Assembly: GCA_951406725.2 (NCBI GenBank) | Contig: OX597840.1 | Coordinates: 14,446,001 to 14,510,000, forward strand | Length of the DNA stretch: 64,000 nt | Direction: 5' to 3' | Source of the DNA: Octopus vulgaris | Taxonomy: Eukaryota | Shown here: positions 13,318-27,679 of the stretch, one piece after another | How positions within the stretch are numbered: the stretch's first letter is position 1 | How the letters are laid out: the number at the start of each line of letters is the position of its first letter | Translations under genes and position numbers: made by a program | Notes under the pieces: model-generated | Database searches by the model: none | Told to the model about the DNA's origin: nothing | The model's input: only the letters and a program-made list of their open reading frames with translations

Positions 13318-13359
13318 ACTATCTGAAGAAGGAATTTTTATATTCCGAAATATTATTAT
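13318..13359 (+). ncRNA. Minimal hammerhead-like motif
   Basis: CTGAAGA-A-GGAAT(ttttat)ATTCC-GAAA-TA-TT. Perfect stem II, palindromic AATATT, decayed stem I. Confidence 0.55.
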
Positions 13360-13389
13360 TATATCAGACTATAGATAATTAATTTATAT

Positions 13390-13595
13390 CTTTTCTACTC
13401 TTGGCATAAGGCCCGAAATTTTGGGTGGGGGGGCCAGTTGATTAGATCTACCCCAGTACACAACTGGTACTTAATTTAGCGACCCTGAAAGGATGAAAGG
13501 CAAAGTCGACCTCAGCAGAATTTGAACTCAGATGTAAAGACAGATGAAATACTGCTAAGCATTTCACCTGGCTGCTAACGTTTCTGCCAGTTCAC
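13390..13595 (-). mobile_element. tRNA SINE (family carrying CCTTTCATCCTTTCGGGGTCGATAAATTAAGTACCAG)
   Basis: Reverse complement of the copies at 36678-37305. Confidence 0.8.
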
Positions 13596-13718
13596 CTCTG
13601 TAATAGATAATTAAATTATAACAGCTATTATAGTCCACTCTGCATTGTTGTGCCTTTCAAGACATGTTATATTTTACAAGCAATACACGATGCTTCCAAC
13701 GAACTACAATACTCTCAT

Positions 13719-13758
<40 letters not shown>

Positions 13759-13934
13759 GCGCACACACACACACACATATATATACACACACACATATAT
13801 ATGTTAGGAAGGGCATCCAGCTGTAGAAACTCTGCCAGGTCAGATTGGAGCTTGGTGCAGCCATCTGGTTCACCAGACCTCAGTTAAATCGTCCAACCCA
13901 TGCCAGCATGGAAAGCAGACATTAACGATGATGA

Positions 13935-13985
<51 letters not shown>

Positions 13986-13993
13986 AATATATA

Positions 13994-14772
13994 TACAGGG
14001 GTTGGACAGAATAATGGAAACACCTAGCATCATAATTTTGAAATATCTATAAAACCATCCAAAGCGTGTTTATTTTCATGTTTTTTGATTTATTATTTGT
14101 GCTGCTTAATATGTTTTGCTAAAATTGCTCTTTCTTTTCGGATATCAGGAAAAGGTAATTAAAATTCATTAAAATGACAGAACTATCGGACTTTCAAAGA
14201 GATCAAATTGTTGGTGCTGATATTGCATAATGAAAACAGCTGAAATGTTTGGTGTATCAAGAAGTACTGTCTTGAAAGAAATAAGAAATGTTAGCACACC
14301 TGGCAAAAAAGATGAAGAAATAAGAAGTACTGTCTTGAAAGTAATGACACCCTTTGAGAAGAGGGAAAATCCTCTTCTGGAAGAAAACCAAAACTTTCAG
14401 AATGGGACTGTCGGACTCCTATGCAAAATCTTAGAAAAGATCACAAAAATGCAGTTCCCAAATTTACTACAGAGCTTAATGACTACCTTGAGAACACAGT
14501 TTCCACAAAAAGTGTTTGCCGGGAGCTGGACAAAGCTGGATTTCACAGGATGGCTCCAATCAGAAAACCACTACTTTCAAAAACAGACATTGCAAAGCAT
14601 TTAAAGTTGAGTAAACACCTACAGAATTGGTCCCTAGAGCAGTAGAAGAATGTTATTTTCTCAGATGAGTCATCCTTTACCCTATTTCTGACCACTGGCG
14701 GAGTATATGTGTGGAGACAGCCAAAAGAAGCATTTGACCCAGACTACCTTCTTCCAACTATTAAACATGCAT
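13994..14772 (+). pseudogene. Tc1-family transposon remnant (5' TIR and frameshifted transposase N-terminal half)
   Basis: TA+CAGGGGTTGGACAGAATAATGGAAAC end. Peptides MTELSDFQRDQIVGA, KTAEMFGVSRSTV, RKPLLSK, NWSLEQ*KNVIFSDESSF. Confidence 0.85.
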
Positions 14773-14774
14773 GA

Positions 14775-14960
14775 CATCAGGGTGCTTTTACATGCCACCA
14801 GCACAGCTGCCATCTGTGTGACCCCAGTGTCTGCAATGGCTGCCATTTTGCTCTGTTTGATGAGTCTTCTTTTCAAGCACGACATAATGCCAAAGGTCTC
14901 GTTGGTCATTGCCTCTGTGAAGCCCAGCACTTGAAAGGAACTCAACCACTTTGCCTCCAG
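14775..14960 (-). mobile_element. RTE LINE 3' fragment
   Basis: Minus frames LGFTEAMT / RDLWHYVVLEKKT, similar to 5127-5235. Confidence 0.55.
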
Positions 14961-15890
14961 CCCTTCCTAACATGCCGACTTCTTCACAGAGTGTGCTGGA
15001 TGCTATTATGTGTCAATGCACGAGCACTTTTATGGGTGCTTTTATGTGAAGCTGTATGAATGCTTTATGATGCTGTGTGAATACTTTTACGGGATGCCAC
15101 ACAAGCACTTTTATGTGGGACCACATAGGTGCTTTTTCCTGGCACCACACAGGTATTTTTATGTGGCACCACCATGGGTGCTTTACACAACCAGACAGAT
15201 CTGGGTACAGGTCTTATTGAGTACAGCCAGGCACCAGGTGTCTTGGTCCTTTGACAGGAATAGATTTGAATATGACATAGAAGCAGTGCTAATGTATGAA
15301 GCATTATCGACCACACATACATAGCATATAAGCATTGTGGATTTACCAGTTTGCTGTGATTTGGCATGTTGGGAGGTACTCCCTCGAAGTGCTGGCTGTT
15401 AAAACACCTGAAAGTCATGGATGAGTAAGATAACACACCTCAAATACATACACATATATGAAGTATATTTGTAAGCACACACATGTATATGTGTATATAC
15501 ATGTGGGTGTATCTGTGTGCAATTATCATTGTGTGAGATAAGCACAGATTATATTCTATGACTATGCTTCACCAGCTGACCATTAACTTTAATGGATTGA
15601 ATAAATATATATCAGGCTTTGCATTCTTCCAACACAAAGTTCGAGTGTGGTCTTTTCTGATCTTGTACCATAATTTAAATTATGTGTGACTGTGTGTGTG
15701 TGTGTGTACACACATACACACATATATATATATATATGTATATATATATAGATATATATACGGGTGTGTGTGATTATTAATATATATATATATATATATA
15801 CACACATTTATTCTCGCGTGTATATGTATGTATGTATGTATATATATATACATACATACATACATAAAAACACGAGAATAAATGTGTTTT

Positions 15891-15933
<43 letters not shown>

Positions 15934-16347
15934 TCACACACTTTTATTCACATAAGCACACATATCTATATTTACACATGCATATATTTGTGTGTGGGGA
16001 CTTGTGTATATGTAAGTGTGTGTGTGGGAGTGTGTGTATGTATAGACTAATAGACAGATATGTAGCTAAATAGATAGACAGACAGATAGACAGATAGATG
16101 GATAGATATAGGGTGAAAGCATGTACTCACTTTCTCAACCAATATGCCATATCGGAAATCATGGGAAGTTATATTATCAGATTAACTGTAAATTGATAGC
16201 CATTATTAGGACTAAATAAAATATCTGCATCTTGCTGCCTGTCCATCTTTCCTTCACCCTATACATCTATGTTAGCATGTGTATATATTTACACACACGC
16301 ACACACACACACATATATATATCTACACACACACACACACACATACA

Positions 16348-16380
<33 letters not shown>

Positions 16381-19300
16381 GTACACACACACACACACAT
16401 ATACCCACAGTGTGTCTGTGACATAAGTTGCAATGGATGTTATTCTATATGTAGAAATCTCTCCGTCTTTTACGTCTGGCATCTCCCAAATTGATTTTGA
16501 CACAATGTATTTCAATAAAATTGGACTTGTAACTAACAAGTTATATCTATTTTGGTCTGACATTCCTCAAACTAATCTTGACAAAACAAATTCCAGTGTA
16601 GAATGGTGGCTTTGAATATCAAACTGCTTCTCTTTTAGCTTTTGTGTTCTGTATAATTGACCTTTACTTAATAAATTCTGATTGAAAATTCGAATTGAAT
16701 CACACAGCTAACCATATTTTTGCTTGTTATTTTGCAAACTGACCTTGGCTCACCAATATATTGTAGTGAAAGTTGTGAAATCTATACCAAACTAAACTGG
16801 AAATAAAAACCTTTTAATGGAAGTGGATATGTAACTAGGTCTGACCTTTGCGTACAATATTCCAATAAAGATGCAGCTGTAGCCATTAAACTGATCTTAA
16901 TGTAAAACATTTCAGTGGAAGAGTAGGATCATGACCATCTCATTGACCTTGATGCAAATGGTTTCATTGAAAGTAGAGCAGTGGTCAGTGTTACACACAC
17001 ACACAGAGCTTAATGACACAGAATGTATAATAACTATGTAGGAATAATAATTATATTGGAGATGTAATTACACAAAATAAATTTCACTGAAAGAGTTAAC
17101 CCACTAGCATTCAGGTTACTCTGTCAAATCTGATGCTTATTTATTCACATTGTTTTGAATTAATCATGGATTATCTCAAAGCTTTGAGATTTTGATGATG
17201 TGATTGTAAATTTTTAGGGGAGACATAAGAGCCTGGGTCCGGTCAGTCTGAACATAAAACAGATGGAATATTTTCACCAGATATAGTTAGTTCAAATGCT
17301 AAAGAGTTAAAGAGTAGTTCTAATTTTAGTTTGTTACATTCCCAAATAATCCTGACACACTATATTTCAACAACAGTTAATTTCAAATGCTTTCTTTTAC
17401 TTTTGAGATTTACTGTTGACCACCCTGAACTTGAAATATTATACCTCTATGAACATTGTGCCATATCTACCAAACTACAGCCATATTGTCTGCTATCTCT
17501 CAGGCTAATTCCATAATATATTTATTTCATTGACAGTAAAGCAATAAATACTAAACTGGCCATATTTTAGTGCTTGTGAACACAGCCTGTTTTCAGCCTT
17601 TTTTTTTGTTTTCCTTTCTTGATCTCCACCATATTTTTAGTGTATGTGTCCTGTTAGTGTGTTGGATGCACTCATATATATTGGATTCCAATGTAGATTT
17701 ATGACTAATTCCAGCATTAGTGCTGTTCGTCTTTGACTTTTACCATCTCCTTCTTCAATTCTCTTTCTTCGTTTAAAACCAAGACAATAAATCTGAATAT
17801 ATTACTTATAAGGAATTATCTGTGTGTTAGTCATCACCAGTGAAGCATGCAATCATACAGAAATGTGCTTATTGATAGAGAAACAGAAGAAAATAGAAAA
17901 TATTAAATATTAGATTTAGATTTAATTGTGTGAAATTAATGTTTTGAGAAAAATAAAAAAAAACATTTTTTCTCCACTTCTTTCTTTGATTTATTCATTT
18001 ATAATGAGAACAAAAAAATGGAATTGTCCACTCACCATATCAATCTTAGGGCCTATATTTTAGTTTGTTTCACAGAACAACATTGTTCCACCAATCTATC
18101 AAGTTATTTTCTCTGTTATTCCTCAAATTTGAGACTATATTTCATCGAGAGGACAGCTATAAATATGAAGTCAATCCTATTTCAGTTTATTAAAGCATTG
18201 TTGTTCATTTGGCAGCAAATCTCAAAGACATATAGCCAAGGATTCTGACTTCTTACTCTGCCAGCTCCCCAATAAAACCTTCACATCACACATTTTCTTT
18301 TCTATTTTCACCATCACATTGGAGTCTCTCCTAATATTTTCTCTCTTTTTTCTCTCTCTCTATTATGATGTTTGTCATTCTGTTTCTCTCCCTCCCTCTT
18401 TCTCTCTTTTTCCTTGAAGCCCTTTCTTTCAATTGCATTTCGTTCTTCTCTTCCTTTTCTTCTGCCATGAAAAACAAATAAATTTATAAAACGATTTTTC
18501 TCTTTTTTTTTTTAAACTCTGGAAAAAAAAAAAAATAATAACAAAATGAAACAAAGTAACAACCCAAAACAAACATTTGTAAAGAAAACTAAATCAGCTG
18601 AATGGAGGTGGTGTTATAGTAGGGATGAGAGAAAGAGAGAAAGAGAGAGAGATGGAGGGAGAGAGAGAGAGGTGTGTGTGTATGAATATGTGGGTCGTGT
18701 CTTGGTTGATTAACACACATCAGATGAAATTAGGTAAGGTGTGAAAAAAAAACACATTCACACAAACACACACATGTACACAAGCACACAGACACACATA
18801 CATAAAAGTACATAAATTTGTGTGTGTGTATGTGCATGTGTGCGGTAGAAGTTTCCCTGTGCATATGTGTAAATGGTTTTGTGTACGTGTGTGTAAATGC
18901 CATGATGGTTTCTTTTTTAAAAGTGCATATCCTGTTGCAATGAGATTTGAAGATTATGCCTTACTTCTCTAAATAACCACCGCTACCACCACTACCTCTA
19001 CTACAACTATGCCCTCCCCCCATCCACCTCACCACTATGCCATAGTGACAGCATTCCCCAAGAACTTTGACATAATGGATTTGTGTTTCATTTCTCCTGG
19101 TCAGTGACATTAGTATTAAGCGATTGTGGATGAATGGCTAACTCCACCTAAATAGTCTGACAATCGCAGCGTCTACCTGCTTTTGCATGGTACCAGATGG
19201 AGGGGCTAAGCTTCTAGCAAATGGAACAGAGAAATGTGTCAACCAATTTCTGAACCAATAGGGGGAGCATGATCAAAAGTAGTAGCCAAATCTCTCTCAA

Positions 19301-19808
19301 CTCACACTTCAGCATCTGATAAAATGAAGGGCCAGGTACATTCAATATCACACAACCATGCTTGCTTCTGGGTCCTATCCCAGCGTCTTTGGTACCTTGG
19401 GCGAGTATTTCTTTCTTCATTTACTATAGCTTTATATTGACTAATGCTTTGGGAAAGAAATTGCATACAAAACAAACTTAATCCACCACCTACTTTGACA
19501 CCACTACCACCAGGCACCTTGAGTGCCTTTAGCAAAGGGTAACTCTCTTGTAAGCAATCAGACCAGTTTAAAGAAACCTTCTTCCCTCCCACTTGCCACT
19601 CCCACTGGTCAACGGAAATCCCCACCCCAGCTACAAAGACATCCATAGGTAAGGTCTGTTGATATCCACTCACCACCACACCACACATTGGGGATGTTGC
19701 TAGATGATGGTTCCAGTCCATATGTCAGTGGTTTTATTGAGAAGTTGTTGTTGGTCTCTTCTTCTTCAGCAATCTCTGCAGAGAGCATGTGACTCATGCT
19801 CTATCACC

Positions 19809-19860
19809 TGACACTGATGAAGAAAGTCGTTCAACTGGAAAAGGGAACCCAATTGTGTTA
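19809..19860 (+). ncRNA. Degenerate hammerhead-like motif next to a palindrome
   Basis: TGACA-CTGATGA-AG...CT-GGAAA-AGGGAACCC-AATTG-TGTTA. Stem II weak and cleavage triplet broken. Confidence 0.35.
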
Positions 19861-19866
19861 TGTTAG

Positions 19867-19937
19867 AATTCTTGTGAATAGCTGTTATTACAGAATAGGG
19901 AAGAGGTGTGTGGTAGTGGTGGTGGCAGTATCTATTG

Positions 19938-19992
<55 letters not shown>

Positions 19993-20064
19993 TCAATAGA
20001 TACTGCCACCACCACTACCACACACCTCTTCCCTATGCTGTAATAACAGCTATTCACAAGAATT
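19867..20064. repeat. Near-perfect palindrome centred on (CT)n(TA)n(GA)n
   Basis: AATTCTTGTGAATAGC...TATTGATC is mirrored by GATCAATA...GCTATTCACAAGAATT, with one mismatch seen in ~74-bp unique arms. Confidence 0.9.
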
Positions 20065-21127
20065 ATATATACGCACACATATGCCCAAGGTGCCATGCAG
20101 TGGGATCGAACCCAGAACCATGTGGTTGGTAAGCAAGTTTCTTACCACACAGCCACTCAGGCGCCTATATATCTATATATTTCTTTTATCTTTTTCTTGT
20201 TTCAGGCCATGTTGGGGTACCACATTGAAAAAGTTTTAGACAAATTAATCGACCCCAGTAACTTACTTTTTAAGCCTGATAGTTATTCTATCAGCTTTTT
20301 TTGCTGAACCACTAAGTTACAGAGACATAAACACACCAACACTGGTGGGAGACAAACACAGACACAAAAACACTGATACACACACATGATGGGCTTCCTT
20401 CAGTTTCCATTTATTAAATCCACTCACAAGGCTTTCGTTGGCCTAATGCTATAGTCGAAGTCACTTGCCCAAGGTGCCACACAGTGGTACTGAACCAGGA
20501 ACCATGTGGTACAAATATATTCTGTACAAAACCAAACAGAGTGATATATTTGGATGATTTTCCTACCACTACTTCACATCTCCATGCAAATATTATTATC
20601 TGGTATTAATTTCCATTTTTTTTTTTTTGTCTGTTAATTAAGCAGATAATACTTGGATTCATTTGAATAATTAAGAATGTCTCAGTCAAGATCTTGGCTA
20701 ATCCTGTCTATACATGTCTATGTACTTTCATATTTCATATTTTCATACGTATTGTATTGCACTCTTTCAAATGATCAAAACTTGTGTAACTCACACAGCT
20801 AAGATATTTCTCCAGCTTCTATTGTTTTATGGTGAGAGAAAAATGTCCCCCTGGATAGAACACTTGTCTCTTGTGGGTAGGTTTTCATGCACGAGACAAA
20901 TTAGATTCAGTCCAATATTTCCTGAAGAATCATTGATCAACTTCTGTGAATGACCTAATTAAATAATACATGTGTGGTGCAGGTAAGAAGCTTGCTTCTC
21001 AAACACATGGTTCAGAGTTCAGTCCCACTGCATGGCACCATGGGCAAAGTGTCTTCTACTATAGCCTCAGGTCGACCGAAGTATTGTGAGTGGATTTGGT
21101 AGACAGAAACTGAAAGAAGCCCATTGT

Positions 21128-22345
21128 GTGTGCATAAGGTATTTGAGGACATGCATTTTTGGGATCATTGCTGCATTTTTTGCTAACTCTGTATAAACTT
21201 TGTTATAGAAAATAATAGCGGCAGACACTAAGCTTATTCAAGAAACGAAGATACATACTGTTATTGTAGTTAAAAATGCTGAGCATAGCAATTTAGAAAT
21301 ATCTCAATTTTTAAAAGTTGCCAGAACTTTTGTGTACAAAGATTGTAAGGAGTTAGAGACTGAAGATGGAAACATATCCCCAGTATCAAAGCATAAAAGC
21401 GTTCTAAATGCTCTGGAATCATCAGAACACCTGAATTTATCCAGCAAGTTCAACAGACCTTTGATTACAATCCCAGAAAGTCCATGAGGTCAATTGCAAA
21501 AGTTCTCAATGTATCAGAAGGAACAGTCAGAAATGTTGTCCACAAAGACATCAGATATAAGTCTTATGCGATGAGGAAGGGTCAATTCATCAGAAAAAGC
21601 AAAAGAATATCACTACATCAGATTTCAAAAGCTCTTAAACCAACTGAAAAATCCAGCAAAAGATGATTTGATTTGGTTTTTCTCAAATGAGAAAAACTTT
21701 GACCAAGATCAAAAAGTTAACAGAAGAAATGACAGATGGTTATGTGCAGACCCTTCTGAAGTTCCAAGTGTTATGCATACAAAATTTTGTGCAGCTGTCA
21801 TGGTTTTAAGAATTTTCAGCAATGAAGGACATGTGATGCCTCCTTACTTCTTTGCACAAGGCCTTAGAGTTAACTCTGCTGTCTACATTGAGGTCCTGGA
21901 GATAATTGTTAAGCCCTGGATAGACAGTGTATGCAATGGAAAGCCATGTATTTCAGTAAGACTCTACACTATGACACATGGCTCTAGTAACACAGGAATG
22001 AATGGCTGAAAATTTTCATGATCATATAACCCCAAACATTTGGCCTCCTAATTCCCCAGATATCAATCTGTTGGACTTGTGGGGCATTATTGAGAGGTTA
22101 ATAAACACACCCATAACACCAAAGATTCTTTGAAAGCTGCCATACTCAGAGTAATGTCCAAAATGAACCAGGACCACTTGCTTTGAGCATGTAGATGATT
22201 TAGATCTCATATAGAAGCAGTTGTTGAAGCTGAAGGTGGCTTTATTGAATAACATTATAGAAGAGAAAGTTTATTTTTATCCTCATAGCATTTTTTGATA
22301 AATAAAATTATCTGTTATTATATATCTATTTTTTTTTATAAACAT
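21128..22345 (+). pseudogene. IS630-Tc1-mariner (maT/DD37D-like) transposon, decayed transposase
   Basis: MRSIAKVLNVSEGTVRNVVHKDI (HTH), WFFSNEKNF, NRRNDRW, WPPNSPDINLLD; frameshifts and stops. Confidence 0.85.
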
Positions 22346-22445
22346 GAAAAAACAACAACGTGACACATGTAAAGTATTAGCAGATCCTCAGGGAAGGAAA
22401 AAAAGATGGTTTAATGTTTCAGAAACAGAGGAAACTCCAATAGAA

Positions 22446-22493
<48 letters not shown>

Positions 22494-22499
22494 CTGTCT

Positions 22500-22805
22500 C
22501 TGTCGCCCTTTTCAAGCCTAGCCAGGTTCATGGGCCTAGTTTCCCCAGTTTCTGTGGCGTATGCGTTCCCCCCAGCTGGACGGGACGCCAGTCCATCCCA
22601 GCATTACTCAAGAAACAGGAAGAAAGAGTGAGAGAAAGTTGTGATGAAAGAGTACAACAGGGGTCACCACCACCCACTGCTGGAGCCTCGTGGAGCTTTT
22701 AGGTGTTTTTGCTCAATACACACACACAACGCCCAGTCTGGAAATTGAAGCCACGATCCTCCGACCGCGAGTCTGCTGCCCTAACCACTGGACCATTGCG
22801 CCTCC
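22500..22805 (-). mobile_element. tRNA-derived CORE-like SINE
   Basis: Reverse complement of GGAGGCGCAATGGTCCAGTGGTTAGGGCAGC...; matches 53493 and 62466. Confidence 0.8.
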
Positions 22806-23118
22806 ACACACATATATATATATATATATGTATGTATATATGTATATGTCCATATGTATGTATACATATATACATGTATGTATATGTATGTATGTATACA
22901 TATATGTATGTATATATACATATATATATATATATGTGTATACTTGTATATGTATGTATGTATACATGTATATGTATGTATGTATACATGTATATGTATG
23001 TATGTATACATGTATATGTATGTATGTATACATATATATATGTATATATGTATACATATATATATATGTATGTATACATACATATATATATATATGTATG
23101 TATGTATACATATATATG

Positions 23119-23151
<33 letters not shown>

Positions 23152-23230
23152 ACATATATATATGTATATATATATATATATGTATATACATTTATATATG
23201 TATATATATACATATATATATGTATATAAT
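22806..23230. repeat. (TA)/(TATG) compound microsatellite
   Basis: Direct inspection. Confidence 0.95.
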
Positions 23231-23493
23231 GCATAGCATTGCGTTTGGCACCAGTTTGGTTGCAGGAGATGCTGGAAGAGTGTCAAGTCAGACAATAAAC
23301 CACCTACAGAGCTCCATTCTGGATTTCATTGAAGGTTGTCTCCTTTCTGTAACCCTGGATTGGAACTCATACTGGGTACTGTCAGCTGGAGCCAGCTGAG
23401 CCTGGGACTCATGTCAAGCAGGGTCCTCATTCCCTAAAGTAGTGAAGAAAATCGCTACCCACTACGTATATATATATATATAGATATAGATGC

Positions 23494-23538
<45 letters not shown>

Positions 23539-23799
23539 TGTGTGTGTCTTTGTTCCTCATCACTACTTGACAACTGATATTGGTGTGTTTATGCCCCCAT
23601 AACTTAATGGTTCAATGAAATAGACCGATTGAATAAGTACCAGACTTATAAAAAGGGTCCTAGGGTTGATTTGTTTGACAATAACCCCTGCCATGGCCAC
23701 AGTCAAATGACTAAACAAGCAAAAGTCAAATGGTTGTAATTAAAAACAAGACAGTTTTCACTAACGATGCAAGATTCACAGTGGGTGATAGTACACAAT

Positions 23800-24425
23800 C
23801 CTTTCTACTGTAGGCACAAGGCCAGAAATGTTAAAGGGGAGGAGGCTAGTCGATTACATTGACCCCAGTACACAACTGGTACGTAATTTATCGATCCTGA
23901 AAGGATGAAAGGCAAAGTCGACCATTGCAGAATTTGAACTCAGAACTTAAAGACAGACGAAATACTGCTAAGCATTTTGCCTGGCGTGCTAACGTTTCTG
24001 CCAGCTTGCCACCTGTGACAGTATATATCACACTCTCTTTTACTCTTTTACTTATTTCAGTCATTTGACTGTGGCCATGCTGGAGCACCGCCTTTAGTCA
24101 AGCAAATCGACTCCAGGACTTATTCTCTGTAAGCCCAGTACTTATTCTATCAATATCTTTTGCCAAACTACTAAGTTACGGGAAGGTAAACACAACAGCA
24201 TCGGTTGTCAAGCAATGTTGAGGGGACAAACACAGACACACATACATATATAGATATATACGACGGGCTTCTTTCAGTTTCCGTCTACCAGATCTACTCA
24301 CAAGGGTTTGGTCGGCCTGTGGCCATAGTAGAAGACACTTGCCGAAGGTACCACACAGTGGGACTGAACCCAGAACCATGTGGTTGGTAAGCAAACTACT
24401 TACCACACAGCCACTCCTTTGCCTA
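23800..24425 (-). mobile_element. Two adjacent tRNA SINEs of different families
   Basis: 23800-24012 matches the 36678 family. 24033-24425 is a near-full GGAGTGGCTGTGTGGTAAG copy with an internal microsatellite. Confidence 0.85.
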
Positions 24426-25782
24426 TAAATGTCTTCTCTTTTCTTTTTCTTACTTCTCTCTCTCTCTTTCCATTTCTCTTTTGTCTCCTTCCACATCTTT
24501 GTCTTCTCCATCATCTCCCAACATCATTGTCTTCTGTCTCCTTCATTTCTTATCTCCTTTAATCTATTTTCTCTCCCCAAGACCATCAAACCCAGTCAAC
24601 CGATCACATAAATTCACTGATAAATCTAATAAAGTCTATTAAAGTATTGTTAAAGGACAAAAATGTTGGATGATTTCCAACAAGGTTTACATTGAAACTG
24701 GGAAAAACACAGAATCACCCCTCCATGTCTGTCTGTCTACCTAAATGCCAGTTTCTGTGACTGTCTCTTTCTTTCTCTTTCTCTCCTTCTCTCTCTGTCT
24801 ATCTCTTCTCTGTTTCTCTCTCTCCCCCTCTCTCGTTCTCTCTGTCTCTCTTTCTCTGCCTGTCTGTCTCCCTTCCACCCCTCTCTTTCATTCTCTTTTC
24901 AGTCTATTATATATATATATATATATATATATAATAATAATTATTATTTGAGGGAATAAAATCCAAACTTACAAGGAAAAAAAATTCAATTAGATGTCTT
25001 GCAAACAACTTGCACATGCAAGTGCTACCAGTTAAAAGCTCCGTATATCGGAAGCTAGCAAGTGTATGGGGTCATCAAATTCCACACAATATAATATATA
25101 TAAAATATTAGGAAAAAAACCCACCTTTTATCAATTCAAAATGAATAATTAAATTACACCATCTAGAAAATTACATATAATAGAAAAGTTAAAATTAAAA
25201 TAACAATTAAAAAGTAAAGATTAAGTAAATTACAAGAATAATATAATGTATATAATAGGTAGAAAAACATATCTACACACACACACACATGCTTGTCTAT
25301 ACATATATAGACACAAGTGTGGTTGTGTGATAAGAAGTTTGCTTCCCAACCACATGATCCCGGGTTCAGTTCCACTGTGTGGCACTTTGGGCAAGTGTGT
25401 TTTACTATATCCTTGGTCCGACCAAACTTTGTCAGTGGATTTGGTTGAGGGAAACTGAAAGAAGTCTATCATATATATACATATATATATATAAATTAAT
25501 AAAAACACCTGTTTGTAATATTACACCACAAAGGAAAATTATAGTCGTCAGCTAAACTTGACTAAGGCTGTGTTATAACCTACATTGCTAGAAATAGGAG
25601 CTAAAATGCTTGAATTCTGCTACAAAGCACATACCATATACTCTGATATGAGCTGCAATTGCCCTGAACACCAAACTGAGAATTCCTTAGACTGCCCAGC
25701 TAACTTTCAGCAATTTCTGTTGCCATCTTCAATAAGGCCAGCTCGTTTGGTTGAATCCAGGCTAGCTTGCCTATCAGAGTAT

Positions 25783-26180
25783 ACTCTTTTACTTATTTCA
25801 GTCATTTGACTGTGGCCATGCTGGAGCACCACCTTTAGTCGAGCAAATCGACCCCAGGACTTATTCTTTGTTAGCCCAGTACTTATTCTATCAGTCTTTT
25901 TTGCCGAACTGCTAAGTTACGGGGACATCAACACACCAGCATGGGTTGTCAAGCAATGTTGGGCAGACAAACACACACAGACACACACGCACACTCACAC
26001 ACACATATAGATATATACGACAAGCTTCTTTCAGTTTCCATCTACCAAATCCACTCACAAGGCTTTGGTCGATCTAATGCTATAGTAGAAGACACTTGCC
26101 CAAGGTGCCACGCAGTGGGACTGAACCTGGAACCATGTGGTTGGTAAGCAAGCTACTTACCACACAGCCACTCCTGTGTC
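25783..26180 (-). mobile_element. tRNA SINE, near full length
   Basis: High similarity to 24033-24425 and 60140-60512. Confidence 0.85.
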
Positions 26181-27679
26181 TATATATATATATTCACCAT
26201 AAAAATCTATGGATGTTTTAACAGATCACTAATGTGTATATAAAAATTAATAAAAACAGCTGTTTGCAACATTATACTGTAATTAAACTTGACTAACGGA
26301 GTCAAGTTTAGTTACAGTATATTGCTAGACATAGGAGCTAAAATGCTCCAATGCTGTTACAAAATCTCACAGCACACACCAGTGTTGGTGTGTTTACATT
26401 CTCATAACTTAGCAGTTCAGCAACAGTGTCTGATAGAATAAGCGTCAGATTTTAAAAACAAAATTAGTACTGGGGTTCATTTATTTTACTAAAACATCCC
26501 TCAGGGTGGTGCTCCAGCATGGCTGCAGTCTAATATCTGAGACAAATAGAAGGAAAAATAAAAGATACATACCCTCATACATAATACATGGACACACAGA
26601 AGCATAATTTCACTCATGTGTTCCACTTTAATGTCCACTTTTCCATGCTTACCTGGGTCAGACAAAAAAACTTAGTTTGTAGCAGATTTTTTCCTATGCT
26701 CTGATGCTTTTCCTGTCACCAACCCTCAGTTATTTCCAAGCAAATTAATATTTCACTTAGTCTGTAAACAAGCCATGTGTGTCCAAGGAGGATTGTAAAA
26801 AAATGACACTGCTTATATGAATGGTGGCTTTTTATTTACAGTGAATGAGCACTTGTGGAGACAAAGGGAGTACAAAGTTGTGCAGACGCTTCTTCCAGTT
26901 GCTGTCTCCTCAATTTCAGTCATTCGACATTGGTCGGCCCACAGCAATAATAGAAGACATCATTTGGCAGGGTCCGTGCTGTAGGATTGAAGCCAAGACT
27001 ATATTGTCTTGACGTTAACTTCTTAACCACATAACTACATCTGCACATGTGTGTATGTATGATGATGATGATGATATATATATTTGAATATAAAATACAT
27101 CAAGTGCAGGATATCACCAGCAAGTGAAAAATACGTAAACACATAATGAGAGACAAATATGGGAAAAAAATACCACAAGAAGTCTAATCCCTCCTCAGTT
27201 GGCGACTGTTAATTACTCACTATTTTGAGCTTTCAACCACAAAATAGGAAAACTTCATTACACAGCAGCATCCAGAAATTTTAGAAATATAAAATTTCTG
27301 GAGAATTAGAGCTTTGTACGAAGAAAAATGACAGGGTGGATGTACAGAGTAAACAGTCGACGAAGACAAACAGTAAGGGCTGTTAGGCCAAGACACATTG
27401 TAATGCGTAAGGCCTGGGAGAAATTTTGAAAGGATATAGAATAAATAGAAGAGGAGGAAATAGTAGAAGAGAAAATAAAAAGAGAAAAATGTTGGGAGGC
27501 AAGAAAAAAATGACATCCACTTAAGTACATGTGGTGTCCAGAAAAGTGAGAGGTGAGAGAAAAATGGCCACCTGCAGTCAGGTGAGAACAAACAAGCAGA
27601 GGAGAAGGGAGGCAAGAGAGAGGATGAGGGTAAGAAACAAAGGGAGTGAGAAGGGAGAAATATATTTATATATATATAT

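Noticed and set aside
16433-16615. Possible MULE transposase fragment (TNSSVEWW)
   Set aside because: Only one weak motif.
25500-25555. Hammerhead on minus strand (CTGACGA...CAAA CAGGTG)
   Set aside because: GAAA is absent in both local copies and no stem I is found.
27185-27240. Possible type II hammerhead (CTGAGGA on minus strand)
   Set aside because: Too degenerate; stems could not be assigned.
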